DNA of 64,000 nucleotides from Ignavibacteriales bacterium UBA1304 (GCA_002307295.1 DBTY01000052.1:24714-88713), one strand, 5' to 3'; numbered from the stretch's first letter, positions 23,351 to 34,695 are shown. Program-made: numbers and translations. The notes: a model not told the origin generated them from the letters alone.

Positions 23351-24139
23351 AATTTTAAATAATTCCTGTTTTTTTCTTCAATGATCTAAAAAAACTATTT
23401 GCCTCCTAAAAACCACTGCATCTTTTTGTAAAAAGATATTTTTGATTAATAAGAGCTCATTAAGTATGGCGCAAAGGGGAATAAAAAAGACGAGGTTTTA
23501 GTAAACATCCCTTTGGCGGGTCTGTGTAATTTCATCAATTCAGCTAATTGCAGAGACTCGCATATTCGCACATAGTATTTAGTGTAAGTTTTTTTGCGCT
23601 TACAGCTGACTAATTCATCAATTACGAATGTCCCCACTATTCTGATCCTGGGTTAACTCTTTGGTAAAACATAATTAATTTTGTAAAAAACTTAACGTGC
23701 GATTCTTATCGAATATTGGAGCTAATAATTTGCGAAAAAAAATAAATGATAAAGCGCCAAGTCAACCTGATTTATAAAATCGGCTTCATGGGATTATAAA
23801 AAGAAATTGCTCGAAATGAACAATTTTTAGCTATCAAGCGCTCAAAGGGCTATCTGAATAAAAGCAAGAGCCAAACAACAACGAAGAGCAGTAAACTTTA
23901 TACAATTGGAAGAAAGTTGGCTAATACGAGAGCGTAAATTTTATAATAAAATTAACTGGCATAAATAAGTAAATCTTTCTATTTTAATTCCAGATAAAAA
24001 TTTAGATTATTTTTACTGGCAGGCACAAATAATCGGGCGACTATCAGAAGAAAAAGAATTGTTTTGACAAATTAATTAGTACGTAAACAACGGAATTGAG
24101 GCAATGAATGTATTCTGAAAAATTCAATTATTTTACGAA

Positions 24140-25642
24140 ATGAAAGGCGAATGGAAATTCATTGGTTTTGATCTTGGAGCCGAGAGCGGAAGATGTATAG
24201 TAGCAGCTCTGAAAGATCAAAAAATAAAATTAAATCAGGTTCATCGTTTTGCGACGCACACTGTTAAGCTTGCAAATGAATTGCATTGGGATGTTCTAGC
24301 AATATTTGACGAAATAATTAAAGGGCTGTCAAAGGCCAAAGATGAATTCGGAGCCGATTTCGATGGGATTGGAATTGATACCTGGGGAGTAGATTATGTA
24401 TTAATCGATTCAAACGGCAGACCTCTAAGCTATCCATACCATTACCGCGATAACCGTACTGACGGTATAATGGAAGAAGCATTTAAGATTTTATCCAAAG
24501 AATCCATTTATGCTAAAGCCGGCAATCAGGCCGCGCAGTATAATACTCTTTTTCAACTGTTAGCGGAAAAAAAGAAAAAGACGAATCTGCTAAATATTTC
24601 GGATAAATTTATGCTTATGCCTGATTACTTTAATTTTCTGCTTTCAGGTAAAAAGAGAGCTGAATTTACAATCGCTTCGACAACAAACCTTACAAATCCA
24701 ATTACAAGAGACTGGTTGTGGGAACTAATTGATACTTTTGGGATGCCAAAGACTATTTTCCCAGAAATAGTTGAACCGGGAACAAAATTAGGAACTCTGC
24801 TTCCCTGGCTTGCTAAAGAGACTGGATTAAATACAAACATTCCGATTATTGCCGTCGCTGGACACGATACGGCGTCGGCTGTAGCTTCAATTCCTGCAAT
24901 GGAAAGCCGCCGGGCATTTTTAAGCTCCGGAACATGGTCGCTAATGGGCGTTGAATTGGATAAACCGATACTTAATAAAATAGCGCTTAATTATGGTTTT
25001 ACAAATGAGGGCGGTTTTAATAAAACAAACCAGCTCTTAAAAAATATAATTGGCCTTTGGCCAATTCAGGAATGCAGAAAAAGCTGGATAGCCGAAGGCA
25101 ATGAATACAGCTATGCGCAATTGGCGGATATGTCTAAGACGGCTGGATTTGTAAATGCATGGGTGGATTTAAGCGACTCAAGATTTTTGAAGCCGGGAAA
25201 TATGCCGGAAAAAATCTGCGATTATCTTTTCGAGACAAATCAAATATTAAAAAAAGAAATCGGTTTTATCGTTGCGGTAATTTTAGAAAGCCTTGCTTTT
25301 ACTTATCGCAAGACGCTAAAAGAAATTGAGGAATTAACTGGAGAAAAAATTGAACGGCTTCATATTGTAGGCGGCGGAATTCAGAATGAAGCGCTAACGC
25401 AATATACCGCCGATGCAATTGGCAGAATCGTAAACGCAGGCCCAATTGAAGGCGCTGTTGCGGGCAATATTGGAGCGCAGGCTATTTCAATTGGCGCAGT
25501 TCCAGATATAAAATGCTGGCGTAACATTGTCGCCGGTTCGTTTGCTATTAAAGAATACAGCCCCATCAATACGAAGTACTATGTAGATAATGAAGATAAT
25601 TATGAAAAGATTCTAAAAATAAATATGGAGAAAAAAAAGTGA
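24140..25642 (+). CDS. fucK: FGGY carbohydrate kinase of the rhamnulokinase type; probable L-fuculokinase by operon context
   Basis: By-eye alignment with E. coli RhaB along the whole length (FDLGAESGR, HRF, GIDTWGVDYVL, YRDNRT, LMPDYFNFLLSG, AGHDTASAV, LSSGTWSLMG, TNEGG, KNI.GLW, HIVGGG.QN). It is co-operonic with fucA/fucI/fucP and overlaps fucA by 4 nt. Confidence 0.75.
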   Translation: MKGEWKFIGFDLGAESGRCIVAALKDQKIKLNQVHRFATHTVKLANELHWDVLAIFDEIIKGLSKAKDEFGADFDGIGIDTWGVDYVLIDSNGRPLSYPYHYRDNRTDGIMEEAFKILSKESIYAKAGNQAAQYNTLFQLLAEKKKKTNLLNISDKFMLMPDYFNFLLSGKKRAEFTIASTTNLTNPITRDWLWELIDTFGMPKTIFPEIVEPGTKLGTLLPWLAKETGLNTNIPIIAVAGHDTASAVASIPAMESRRAFLSSGTWSLMGVELDKPILNKIALNYGFTNEGGFNKTNQLLKNIIGLWPIQECRKSWIAEGNEYSYAQLADMSKTAGFVNAWVDLSDSRFLKPGNMPEKICDYLFETNQILKKEIGFIVAVILESLAFTYRKTLKEIEELTGEKIERLHIVGGGIQNEALTQYTADAIGRIVNAGPIEGAVAGNIGAQAISIGAVPDIKCWRNIVAGSFAIKEYSPINTKYYVDNEDNYEKILKINMEKKK

Positions 25643-26328
25643 AACCAAATATTCCAGCTCTTAGAAAAGAAATTGTAGAAGTAGGGAAGAGAATTTATAA
25701 CAGAGGATATGTAGCTTCCAATGATGGAAATATAAGCGCGAGGATAGATAAGGATAGAATTCTTATTACTCCAACTGGCGTGAGCAAAGGCTTTATGGCT
25801 CCTGAAGATCTTTTAATTGTAGATATGAGCGGCAAGCTGTTAAGCGGAAAGAAGAAGCAGTCATCTGAATCGAATATGCATATACAGGTTTATAACGACA
25901 GACCCGACGTAACAAGCGTTTGCCATGCGCATCCGCCTTATTCAACGGGATTTGCAGTCGCCGGAATTCCGCTTGATAAAATGATTCTTCCGGAAGTTAT
26001 TATTGCGCTTGGAACAGTTCCTATTGTTGAATACGGCACGACAGGCACGGATGAGCTTTATGGAATGATCTCTAAATATGTTCAGGATTATGACGCGTTC
26101 CTGCTTGCAAACCATGGCGCTTTAACTATCGGCTCATCTGTTCTAAACGCTTATCATAAAATGGAAACTCTGGAACATGCCGCTATGATACAATTTGTGG
26201 CTAAACAACTTGGCAAAGTAAACACTCTTAATAATAAGCAAACTAATCAGCTCATTGACCTTCGTGCAAAATTCGGAATAAGAAAAGATATTGGACTGAA
26301 ACTAACCGGAAAATTAAAACGAAAATAA
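25639..26328 (+). CDS. fucA: Class II aldolase, probable L-fuculose-1-phosphate aldolase
   Basis: Class II aldolase/adducin motifs (SNDGNISAR, ILITPTG, SSE..MH, CHAHPPY, ANHGALT). GTG start overlaps the fucK stop. Lies between the kinase and fucI. Confidence 0.8.
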   Translation: MKPNIPALRKEIVEVGKRIYNRGYVASNDGNISARIDKDRILITPTGVSKGFMAPEDLLIVDMSGKLLSGKKKQSSESNMHIQVYNDRPDVTSVCHAHPPYSTGFAVAGIPLDKMILPEVIIALGTVPIVEYGTTGTDELYGMISKYVQDYDAFLLANHGALTIGSSVLNAYHKMETLEHAAMIQFVAKQLGKVNTLNNKQTNQLIDLRAKFGIRKDIGLKLTGKLKRK

Positions 26329-26343
26329 AATTAAGGGAATGAT

Positions 26344-28152
26344 ATGAACAAAAATATTGAAGAACCTAATTGTATTGAAAAAAGATTGAAAGGCAGTCTG
26401 CCTAAAATTGGGATCCGCCCTGTAATTGACGGTAGAAGAAAAGGAGTAAGAGAATCTTTAGAAGCTCAAACAATGCTGATGGCAAAAAATGCCGCTGAGT
26501 TTTTAAGCGGGAATCTTCGTCATCCAAATGGAATGAGCGTGGAATGTATTATTGCCGATACTTGTATTGGCGGAGTTGCAGAAGCCGCTGAATGCGAGGA
26601 AAAATTTGCTCGGCAAAATGTCGGCTTATCGCTTACTGTTACGCCATGCTGGTGTTACGGAACAGAAGTGATGGATTCCAACCCGCTTATCCCCAAAGCA
26701 GTGTGGGGATTTAACGGAACTGAAAGGCCGGGCGCAGTGTATCTTGCCGCGGCTCTTGCCGGATATTCGCAGACTGGCTTGCCTGCTTTTAGCATTTATG
26801 GAAAGGATGTTCAGGATAAGGACGATAATACGATTCCCGAAGACGTTAAAGAAAAACTTTTGCTTTTTGCTAAAGCTGGTTTAGCTGTAGCAGAAATGAG
26901 AAACAAATCCTATCTTTCAATTGGTTCGGTAGCTATGGGCATTGCGGGTTCTGTTGTGGATCCTAATTTCTTTCGCGATTATCTTGGCATGCGAAACGAA
27001 TCAGTCGATATGTGCGAATTGGTAAGACGAATTGATGAAAAAATATATGACGAAGAAGAATATCAAAAAGCGCTAAAATGGACTAAAGAAAATTGCAAAG
27101 AAGGGGAAGACATAAATAAAAACAAATCGTCCGACGAAAGAAAACAATATGAATGGGAAACCGTAGTTAAGATGACGATTATTGCCCGCGATCTGATGAT
27201 AGGCAATCCTGCGCTTACGAAGCTCGGTTTTGAAGAAGAAGCGCAGGGACATAACGCCATTGCGGCTGGCTTTCAGGGGCAACGCCAGTGGACGGATCAT
27301 TTTCCAAACGGTGATTTTCTTGAAGCGCTTTTAAACTCATCATTTGACTGGAATGGAATACGCCAGCCGTTTGTTGTAGCCACGGAAAACGACAGCTTAA
27401 ACGGCGCCGCTATGCTGTTTGGCCATTTAGTATCGGACACTGCTCAAATCTTTTCCGACGTTAGAACTTACTGGAGTCCAGCGGCGGTAAAGCGGGTAAC
27501 AGGAAAGACGCTAAAAGGCAAAGCCTCAGAGGGAATTATCCATCTTATAAATTCCGGTTCAACAACATTAGACGGAACCGGCAAACAAAAAGTAAATGGC
27601 AAGCCTGCAATGAAACCATTCTGGGAAGTTAACAAAAACGAAGTTGACGCATGTTTGAAGGCTACTGAATGGCGCGCAGCGGAAAAAGAATATTTTAGAG
27701 GAGGCGGATTTAGCTCTCAGTTTTTAACTGAAGGGGATATGCCGGTTACAATGAGCCGCGTAAATTTAATCAAAGGAATAGGCCCGGTACTACAAATTGC
27801 CGAAGGCTATACTGTAAGCTTGCCTGAAGATGTTGATTCAATATTGCAAAAAAGAACAAACCCCACATGGCCTACAACATGGTTTGCTCCTACTCTTACG
27901 GGCAAAGGCGCATTCAAAGACGTTTATTCGGTTATGGCTAACTGGGGAGCTAACCATGGAGCTATTAGCTATGGACACATTGGCGATAAGCTGATAACAT
28001 TAGCTTCGATGCTTCGTATTCCTGTTAATATGCACAACGTACCCGAAGAAAAGATTTACAGACCAAGCGCATGGAGCGCATTTGGCACAAACGATTTAGA
28101 AGGCTCCGATTACCGCGCTTGTAAAAATTTCGGTCCGCTATATAGCAGATGA
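26344..28152 (+). CDS. fucI: L-fucose isomerase
   Basis: Collinear, high-identity by-eye alignment with E. coli FucI ([117 protein letters not shown]). Confidence 0.95.
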   Translation: MNKNIEEPNCIEKRLKGSLPKIGIRPVIDGRRKGVRESLEAQTMLMAKNAAEFLSGNLRHPNGMSVECIIADTCIGGVAEAAECEEKFARQNVGLSLTVTPCWCYGTEVMDSNPLIPKAVWGFNGTERPGAVYLAAALAGYSQTGLPAFSIYGKDVQDKDDNTIPEDVKEKLLLFAKAGLAVAEMRNKSYLSIGSVAMGIAGSVVDPNFFRDYLGMRNESVDMCELVRRIDEKIYDEEEYQKALKWTKENCKEGEDINKNKSSDERKQYEWETVVKMTIIARDLMIGNPALTKLGFEEEAQGHNAIAAGFQGQRQWTDHFPNGDFLEALLNSSFDWNGIRQPFVVATENDSLNGAAMLFGHLVSDTAQIFSDVRTYWSPAAVKRVTGKTLKGKASEGIIHLINSGSTTLDGTGKQKVNGKPAMKPFWEVNKNEVDACLKATEWRAAEKEYFRGGGFSSQFLTEGDMPVTMSRVNLIKGIGPVLQIAEGYTVSLPEDVDSILQKRTNPTWPTTWFAPTLTGKGAFKDVYSVMANWGANHGAISYGHIGDKLITLASMLRIPVNMHNVPEEKIYRPSAWSAFGTNDLEGSDYRACKNFGPLYSR

Positions 28153-28421
28153 GTTCCGGAATGAATTGAACGAAGCCAGAATGCTATACAGTTTTGAAAG
28201 CGGCAAGGGCTGGATTTAATTCAGCCCTACGTTTTATAATGTCAAATATAATTATTGACAAAAATAAAAAACTTTTAATCGAAAATTATCCGGCACAAAC
28301 GGCGAGGCAATACAATTTGCATTTCGGAGGAAAGAGAAAAAAATATTAACAAGCAGCTGCAAATAAAAGTTGGAAGAAATATTCAATTGTAGTTAATAAG
28401 AAAATATCTGAGGGACATAGA

Positions 28422-29759
28422 ATGAATTTTTCTAAAATGTTCAAAACAGACGATGGTAAAAACCTATTTTTTACATTCGCGCTTGTAAGTACGTTATTTT
28501 TGCTATGGGGCGTTTGCAATGGAATGATTGACGTAATGGACAAACATTTCCAGGATCTTTTACATTTATCAAAATCTCAATCAGCGTGGGTGCAGTTTTC
28601 ACATTACTTAGGTTATTTGCTGATGGCTCTGCCAGCAAGCTGGCTTGCCCGTAAGCTTGGTTACAAAGGGGGGATTATAGCGGGTCTGTTATTAGTATCT
28701 GTCGGGGGCTTTTGGTTTATTCCCGCTACAAGTATCGCTTCCTTCTGGGCATTCCTTCTAGGCGTTTGTTTAATAGCAATGGGATTGACAGTATTAGAGA
28801 CTGTAGCTAATCCATATACTACAGTCCTCGGTTCTAAACAATATGCTGCGTCAAGGATTAATTTAGCGCAGTCGTTTAACGGGGCGGGATGGATTCTCGG
28901 GCCGATTATCGGCGGCGTGTTTTTCTATTCTTCCGACGGAGCGGAAGCAGCGCAGAAGAGCCTTTACATTCCTTATCTGGTTGTGGCAATAATTGTTCTT
29001 GTGATGGCTGTAGTTTTTTATTTCGCCAAAGTTCCGGATCTAAACACGGAAGATGAATATCATTTGAACGAAGCAGAAGAAATTGACGGCAAATCCTCTA
29101 TCTGGAAGCGTCCGCATTTTGCTGGAGCAGTTCTTGCGCAATTTGTATACGTTGCCGCTCAGGCTGGAATTTTTAGTTTCTTTATAAATTATATGATAGA
29201 GGAAGTCCCACCGGTTTCCGGAGCAATAGCTAATAGCTGGTTGTTTTTGGGGAAGACGGCTTTGCGCAACGGCATTTTTTTTGTAAATGAAAAAGGCGCG
29301 ACATTTCTTCTTGGAACAATTGGATTTCCGCTCTTCTTAATTGGGCGCGCAACCGGAGCGGTTATTATGCGAAAGTTGAAAGCTCACCGGGCTCTTGGCG
29401 CGTACGCATTGGTCAATGTATTTCTTTGCGGAATTGTAGTTCTTAAACTTGGCTGGCTGTCGGTCGCCGCTGTTTTTCTTAGTTTTTTATTTATGTCCAT
29501 AATGTTCCCAACAATATTTGCGCTTGGTATTTACGGCCTTGGCGTACAGGCTAAGAAGGCTTCTGGTTTTATTGTTATGGCTATTATGGGCGGCGCTGTT
29601 ATGCCTAAGCTTATGGGCTATATCGGCGATGTTTATAATATGTCTGCTGGTTTTATTATGCCTCTTTTCTGTTTTATGATCGTAGCCGCTTACGGGTATT
29701 TATGGCCGAAGTTAAGTAAAACTGACGGACTTACTGAATTGAAGGTTGAAGAGCATTAA
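28422..29759 (+). CDS. fucP: L-fucose:H+ symporter-type MFS permease
   Basis: 12-TM MFS. The N-terminal FTFALVSTLFLLWGVCNGMIDVMDKHFQ matches the FucP-family signature. Last gene of the fucose operon. Confidence 0.85.
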   Translation: MNFSKMFKTDDGKNLFFTFALVSTLFLLWGVCNGMIDVMDKHFQDLLHLSKSQSAWVQFSHYLGYLLMALPASWLARKLGYKGGIIAGLLLVSVGGFWFIPATSIASFWAFLLGVCLIAMGLTVLETVANPYTTVLGSKQYAASRINLAQSFNGAGWILGPIIGGVFFYSSDGAEAAQKSLYIPYLVVAIIVLVMAVVFYFAKVPDLNTEDEYHLNEAEEIDGKSSIWKRPHFAGAVLAQFVYVAAQAGIFSFFINYMIEEVPPVSGAIANSWLFLGKTALRNGIFFVNEKGATFLLGTIGFPLFLIGRATGAVIMRKLKAHRALGAYALVNVFLCGIVVLKLGWLSVAAVFLSFLFMSIMFPTIFALGIYGLGVQAKKASGFIVMAIMGGAVMPKLMGYIGDVYNMSAGFIMPLFCFMIVAAYGYLWPKLSKTDGLTELKVEEH

Positions 29760-29788
29760 TTATAGATTTGTGTGTTATATATCCTGAT

Positions 29789-29823
29789 GCGCTAAAGCTC
29801 GCACTACTGATTGAGCTTTAGCG
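29789..29823. terminator. Hairpin between convergent fucP and GH95 genes
   Basis: 11-bp stem cgctaaagctc / gagctttagcg with a 12-nt loop, 30 nt after the fucP stop. No clean U-tract. Confidence 0.45.
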
Positions 29824-29981
29824 TGTAGAGGGGACTTTTTGTTTGTCTAAAGAACGAATTTCTTTTCCTGCCGCTTTAATCGAAACTATTAGATCTGCCT
29901 CGCCAGTTTTATTAAAATAAGCTGCTCCATAATTATACAGGTCGTCGGCAAGCGCCTTTGTCCATTTCTAGCCTAATGTTT

Positions 29982-32429
29982 TTAATTACTAAAATCGATA
30001 ATTGTCGCCTCGCCTTTTTTTAATACAATGTTAAGAAAACCGCCAACGGGTTTTGCTTTAATCATTGTGCCGTTTTTATTTATAGAAGCGTTACTAATAT
30101 GAGCTGGTATTTTTATTCTAAAAGAATTATCGACAGTTGGAGTAATTTGCATTTGATTGACCGTTCCATTTGTCCAGCGTGCAGCAATACTAGCTCCGCC
30201 GCGAACGCATAATCCTGAAAAGCTACCTGACTCCCATTCGTTAGGCAAGGCTGGCAAAAGCTCAATATAACCGTTGTGACTTTGCAGCAACATTTCTGCA
30301 ATTCCAGCCGTTCCGCCAAAGTTGCCATCAATCTGAAACGGAGGATGAGCGCAGAATAAATTGCTATATGTTCCGCCGCCATTACTCATATTTACTTTAT
30401 TTCCGCTTACAGGACGTAACAATTTATGTAATAGAGCTAACGCCCGATTACCTTCATGCAATCTTGCCCAGAAGTTAATCTTCCATGCAAGCGACCAGCC
30501 AGTGCCGTCGTCTCCTCTTGTTTCCAAAGAGGCTTTGGCGGCATTTATAATGTTTGAAGAGCCCATAGTAATTTCACTACCTGGATATAATCCCCATAAA
30601 TGGGATGCATGACGATGATGCGCGTCTGTTTCTTTATACTCCTGTAGCCATTCCATTAAACGGCCGTCTTTCCAAATTTGATTTGGCGGTAATTTCTCTA
30701 AAACCTGTTCTAAAGAATCGCGCAATAATTGATCAGTATTTAGCTTAGAAGAGGCTTCTATTGTTGCCGAAAAAAGAAAGCGAATAATTTGATTATCAAT
30801 TGTCGAACCGATGCACACGTTTGCAGAATTCCCATCAGGTAATATAAATGCGTTTTCCGGAGAATTTGATGGCGCTGTTACAAGCCATCCATGAGCAGGT
30901 TCTTTTATCAGGGAGCTTAGATAAAACTCAGTTGATCCTTTTATAATTGGATATAACATGCGCAAGTAAGCGGTGTCTTTTGAGAATTCATAGTGGCTCC
31001 ACAGCATTTGGCAGAGCCATGCAGAACCAGTATTGAAAGAGCCCCATGTATAATCTTCACCCGGCGAAGTATATCCCCAGATATTGGAAATAACGTGAGC
31101 TACCCAGCCATTAGCAGCGTAGTAAGCTTTTGCTGTCTTTTCTCCTGGAGAGACTAAACTATTTACAAAACTAAAGAAGGGCTCGTCTAACATGCCGAGA
31201 TTTGTAACGTCAAGCGGCCAGTGATTCATTTGAATATTAATATTCAAATGGTAATCTCCATTCCAAGGCGTTTCAATTGTATTAGCCCATAAACCCTGCA
31301 AATTAGGAGGCAATAATCCTGGTCTGGCGCTGCATATCAACAAATAACGTCCATACTGAAAATACAGCTCTGGCAATCCGACATCATTTGAGCTAGCCGT
31401 AAAAGCTTGCAACCTTTCATTAGTGGGCAGACTATCATTGTGTAATCCTTCAATATTGATAGCCGCGCCCTGATAAAGATGTTGATATTTATTTATATGT
31501 TCAGCTTTATGAATTTCATATGGTTTGTTAAAACTGCGAGTTAGAATATTCCTGGCGGCGTTTATATAATCTGGATTTTTGAAATCAGTACTGGCTGAAA
31601 TATAAATTATTGCAGTATCGGCATTTTCTAACAGTAAAGAATTGCCGCTTGCCGTCACTTTCCCAGTCAGAGATTTGATTGCTATTAGCGCTATGTATTG
31701 CATTCCAGCGCTATCAACGCCGTTATTCAAACGACCCCGCATTTGAAGCTCATTGCCGTCAGTTTGGGTCTGGAATCTCTCTGGTCTGTCTAACGTCAAA
31801 GTAAAACTAATTTTCTTTTTTTTGTTTGCAAAAAGCTTAATAGCAATAACGTCGTTATCAAAGCTGGTAAAATATTCGCGCGAATAAATAGTATTATCAA
31901 TCATGAACTCAGTTTTTACTATGGCGCTATCAAGCGATAATTCTCTTCGGTAATTTACCGCTTTAATATCGGCGCTGTCGGAATCATATTGATACTGCAA
32001 ATGCAGGGTTCCTAATACCTGGTATGAACCATAAGGAACATTGGCTCCATTACCTTGTCCGGAACCTTGACCTTTACATACAAAATTACGCCCCATTACT
32101 GCTTGCGCTTCTCTGTTTTTCCCCTCTATCAGCAAGCGCCGTATTTCTGGTAAAGATTTATAAGCGTCGGGATTATCGGCATCCTGTGGGCATCCAGACC
32201 ACAGAGTAATATCATTTAGAACGATGTTCTCTTTTGTTATGCCGCCATCTGGCATAGCTCCCAGACGCCCATTACCTATGGGCAGACAGGCTTCCCATTG
32301 AGTCGCGGGAGTATTGTACCATAAGTTTGATGGATGCGGTTGCGCAAATGTTTTTACAAATGAAAAAATAATAATATATGCTATTATTTTCCTGTCTGAA
32401 AACCGTTTAGTTTTGTAAGATATTGCCAT
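29982..32429 (-). CDS. GH95 alpha-L-fucosidase (1,2-alpha-L-fucosidase type), secreted
   Basis: Signal peptide. GH95 N-terminal signature LWYNTPATQWEACLPIGNGRLGAM..GG...E.I.LN..TLWSG and the catalytic-region motif NGDYHLNINIQMNHWP. Confidence 0.9.
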   Translation of the reverse strand: MAISYKTKRFSDRKIIAYIIIFSFVKTFAQPHPSNLWYNTPATQWEACLPIGNGRLGAMPDGGITKENIVLNDITLWSGCPQDADNPDAYKSLPEIRRLLIEGKNREAQAVMGRNFVCKGQGSGQGNGANVPYGSYQVLGTLHLQYQYDSDSADIKAVNYRRELSLDSAIVKTEFMIDNTIYSREYFTSFDNDVIAIKLFANKKKKISFTLTLDRPERFQTQTDGNELQMRGRLNNGVDSAGMQYIALIAIKSLTGKVTASGNSLLLENADTAIIYISASTDFKNPDYINAARNILTRSFNKPYEIHKAEHINKYQHLYQGAAINIEGLHNDSLPTNERLQAFTASSNDVGLPELYFQYGRYLLICSARPGLLPPNLQGLWANTIETPWNGDYHLNINIQMNHWPLDVTNLGMLDEPFFSFVNSLVSPGEKTAKAYYAANGWVAHVISNIWGYTSPGEDYTWGSFNTGSAWLCQMLWSHYEFSKDTAYLRMLYPIIKGSTEFYLSSLIKEPAHGWLVTAPSNSPENAFILPDGNSANVCIGSTIDNQIIRFLFSATIEASSKLNTDQLLRDSLEQVLEKLPPNQIWKDGRLMEWLQEYKETDAHHRHASHLWGLYPGSEITMGSSNIINAAKASLETRGDDGTGWSLAWKINFWARLHEGNRALALLHKLLRPVSGNKVNMSNGGGTYSNLFCAHPPFQIDGNFGGTAGIAEMLLQSHNGYIELLPALPNEWESGSFSGLCVRGGASIAARWTNGTVNQMQITPTVDNSFRIKIPAHISNASINKNGTMIKAKPVGGFLNIVLKKGEATIIDFSN

Positions 32430-32446
32430 AAAATTATTACTTCGCT

Positions 32447-34687
32447 TTATTCAATTATAATTTCATCAGTAAACATCCATGCTTTATCGCCCGCGCCTTT
32501 ATGCCATTTGGGGCATATGCCAATGTTGTTCGCTTTGACGCGAACGAACCTGCCGGAGATATTTGGCTGTTCAAATTTGAATGTTTGTACGATTGGTTTC
32601 TTATTGTTTTGATCGACTGTATCAATAATTTTACCCAATGTAGTAAAATCTTTTTTGTCGTTCGAAATAGAAAATTCAATAGACGCCGGTAAAAATATAT
32701 AGGCTCCGACATCCCTTAAAAACCGGGTCGAAATTGAATTAACCTTTTCTACTTTTCCTAAATTAATTATTACATCTAAATCAGAGCCATTGTATCCCTG
32801 CCATCTGCCGTCTGTAAAATTAGTATTTCCTGTAACTCCGTTCACTAAAGTATAAATGCCTGTTCCGGGATATTTTTCGTCATATGTAGATTTATATTCA
32901 ATTCCATATTTTGCTTTATTAAAACCTGCCGCAACAGGAACGCTTTTAACGCCGTCTTCAGAAATGACAATTGCTGTTATTACAGAGGCGTTATGTAGAA
33001 TCACATCGTTTTTATAAATTAAAGAATTTTCATCCGGTACGCTTCCGTCAAGAGTATAATAAATTTTTGCGCCCTTTGTATCGGAGATTAATCCAAAACT
33101 TACGCTGTCTGCAAATGTTCCGCCATTCGGTACAAATGTAATTTCCGGAGGAGCTTTATATAACCCGAATGATGCAAGAGTCGGAGCGTTTCTACATTCG
33201 TCAATTACAATTTTAATTTTATTAGCTGTTGTTTCCGGAAATCTCAACATCCTTTTATATCCAACAGTTGTCGCCTCGGCAAACTTATTCCACTGAGAGC
33301 CATTCCAATATTCCAAATGGAATTTCTCTATTCTTTGTCCGACTAAAATATTTTCCTGCAATACGGCGCGGTTGAATGACTGCGATTTACCCAAATCAAT
33401 TTCGATTGAAGCCTGATTTATTGCTCCGTCCGTCGTCCAATATGTGTCCAAATTACCGTCAAGAATATTAGAGACTTCGTTCCCTTTTTTTTCGCTTGAA
33501 GCGGAGGCTGCGCAGTTAGCGACTAAATTTGTTTTAAACGTTTCATCCAGAAGATAACGCATACCCTGAAGAGATTTTATATCATTATCGCAAATCAGAC
33601 CGCGTTTATCGGGAGGAACGTTCAAAAGTAAGACTCCATTCAACCCAACGGAGTTGTAATAAATATCCACGAGCTTATAAGGAGATTTTACTAAATCATC
33701 GTCATTGCTATTGTAAAACCATTTCGGTCTGATAGAAACGTCAATCTCAGCCGGGTACCAGACTAATGATGAAGCCTTTTCTATTTTCATTCTGCTACCC
33801 AAATCTTCATCAACGAGATCGTGCGGAATGAAAGCTCCGTCGCCTGACTGCTGTTGGGAGTTAGAAGCTATCTTATCCTGATTGGCGCTTGCGCCAGGCA
33901 ATACGCTCCATTCAGTTTGCCGGCCATATCCTGATTCAGTTCCAACCCACCGAACATCAGGCCCCATAACAGCTATTACTGCTTTGGGTTGTAGCTTGCG
34001 TATTAATTTATAATAGGACTGCCAGTCATAATTTTGCTTTTTCCCGTTTGGGCCTTCGCCGTTTGCGCCGTCAAACCAAACTTCAGATATTTCTCCATAA
34101 TTGGTTAATAGCTCCGTTAGCTGATTAAGGAAGAATGTATTGTATTCGGGCGAACCATAAAAATCTTCGTGCATATCCCAGGGGGAAAGATAGACCCCAA
34201 ATTTTAATCCTGCTTCTCGACATGCGCTTGATAAATCTCTTACAATATCGCCTTTCCCGTTTTGGAACGGTGTGTTTGAGATATTAAGCTTTTTATATTT
34301 TGTAGGCCAGAGACAAAACCCGTCATGATGTTTTGTTGTTAGTATAACTAACTTTACTCCGGCATCCTTAAGAACTTTTACCCATTGTTTTACATCAATA
34401 TCTTTTGGGTTAAATTGTGATATGTCGACATTTTTTTGACCCCACTCTACTTCGTCAAAAGTATTGATGCCAAAATGAATAAAAGCCGTAAACTCAAGTT
34501 TCTGCCATTCGTATTGTATTTGGGAAGGCGTTACGTTTGCCGCTTTAGTTATAATCTGTTCTGGCGTATCTCCCGGATTTATACTTATATTATTCCCGGA
34601 TGAATTCTGGCAGAAGCTCTCGGAGCATATTAAATAAAAAAAAGTAACTGCCGCAAAAAAGACTGAACTAATTTTAATATGTTTCAT
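32447..34687 (-). CDS. GH29 alpha-L-fucosidase with F5/8 type C (CBM32-like) domains, secreted
   Basis: ATG at 34687 (MKHIKISSVFF..., signal peptide) preferred to the GTG at 34699. GH29 core: EWQKLEFTAFIHFG.NTF, AGVKLVILTTKHHDGFCLWPT, WFDGA. Central discoidin domain (ILDGNLDTYWTTD). C-terminal chitobiase-C-like plus discoidin-like cassette. Confidence 0.9.
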   Translation of the reverse strand: MKHIKISSVFFAAVTFFYLICSESFCQNSSGNNISINPGDTPEQIITKAANVTPSQIQYEWQKLEFTAFIHFGINTFDEVEWGQKNVDISQFNPKDIDVKQWVKVLKDAGVKLVILTTKHHDGFCLWPTKYKKLNISNTPFQNGKGDIVRDLSSACREAGLKFGVYLSPWDMHEDFYGSPEYNTFFLNQLTELLTNYGEISEVWFDGANGEGPNGKKQNYDWQSYYKLIRKLQPKAVIAVMGPDVRWVGTESGYGRQTEWSVLPGASANQDKIASNSQQQSGDGAFIPHDLVDEDLGSRMKIEKASSLVWYPAEIDVSIRPKWFYNSNDDDLVKSPYKLVDIYYNSVGLNGVLLLNVPPDKRGLICDNDIKSLQGMRYLLDETFKTNLVANCAASASSEKKGNEVSNILDGNLDTYWTTDGAINQASIEIDLGKSQSFNRAVLQENILVGQRIEKFHLEYWNGSQWNKFAEATTVGYKRMLRFPETTANKIKIVIDECRNAPTLASFGLYKAPPEITFVPNGGTFADSVSFGLISDTKGAKIYYTLDGSVPDENSLIYKNDVILHNASVITAIVISEDGVKSVPVAAGFNKAKYGIEYKSTYDEKYPGTGIYTLVNGVTGNTNFTDGRWQGYNGSDLDVIINLGKVEKVNSISTRFLRDVGAYIFLPASIEFSISNDKKDFTTLGKIIDTVDQNNKKPIVQTFKFEQPNISGRFVRVKANNIGICPKWHKGAGDKAWMFTDEIIIE

Positions 34688-34695
34688 AGGATAAA

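Noticed and set aside
23446-23637. 63-aa minus-strand ORF in the tRNA-Lys / fucK spacer.
   Set aside because: It has a GTG start, no Shine-Dalgarno sequence and no recognisable domain, and it is isolated from any operon. It is probably spurious. The region is reported only as an unusually long non-coding gap.
23143-24139. Integrated mobile element or genomic island at tRNA-Lys.
   Set aside because: There is no integrase, transposase or phage gene on either side. I could not find a direct repeat of the tRNA 3' end in the flanking sequence I read.
28206-28236. Hairpin agggctg / cagccct after fucI, considered as an internal terminator before fucP.
   Set aside because: It has only a 7-bp stem with a weak T-tail. 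It may attenuate transcription, but the evidence is too weak for a terminator call.
29826-29972. 49-codon open frame on the minus strand right after the GH95 stop (KWTKALADDLYNYGAAYFNKTGEADLIVSIKAAGKEIRSLDKQKVPSTR*), considered as a gene remnant.
   Set aside because: It has no start codon (a TAG immediately precedes it) and no recognisable family. An open stretch of this length is not rare by chance in AT-rich DNA.
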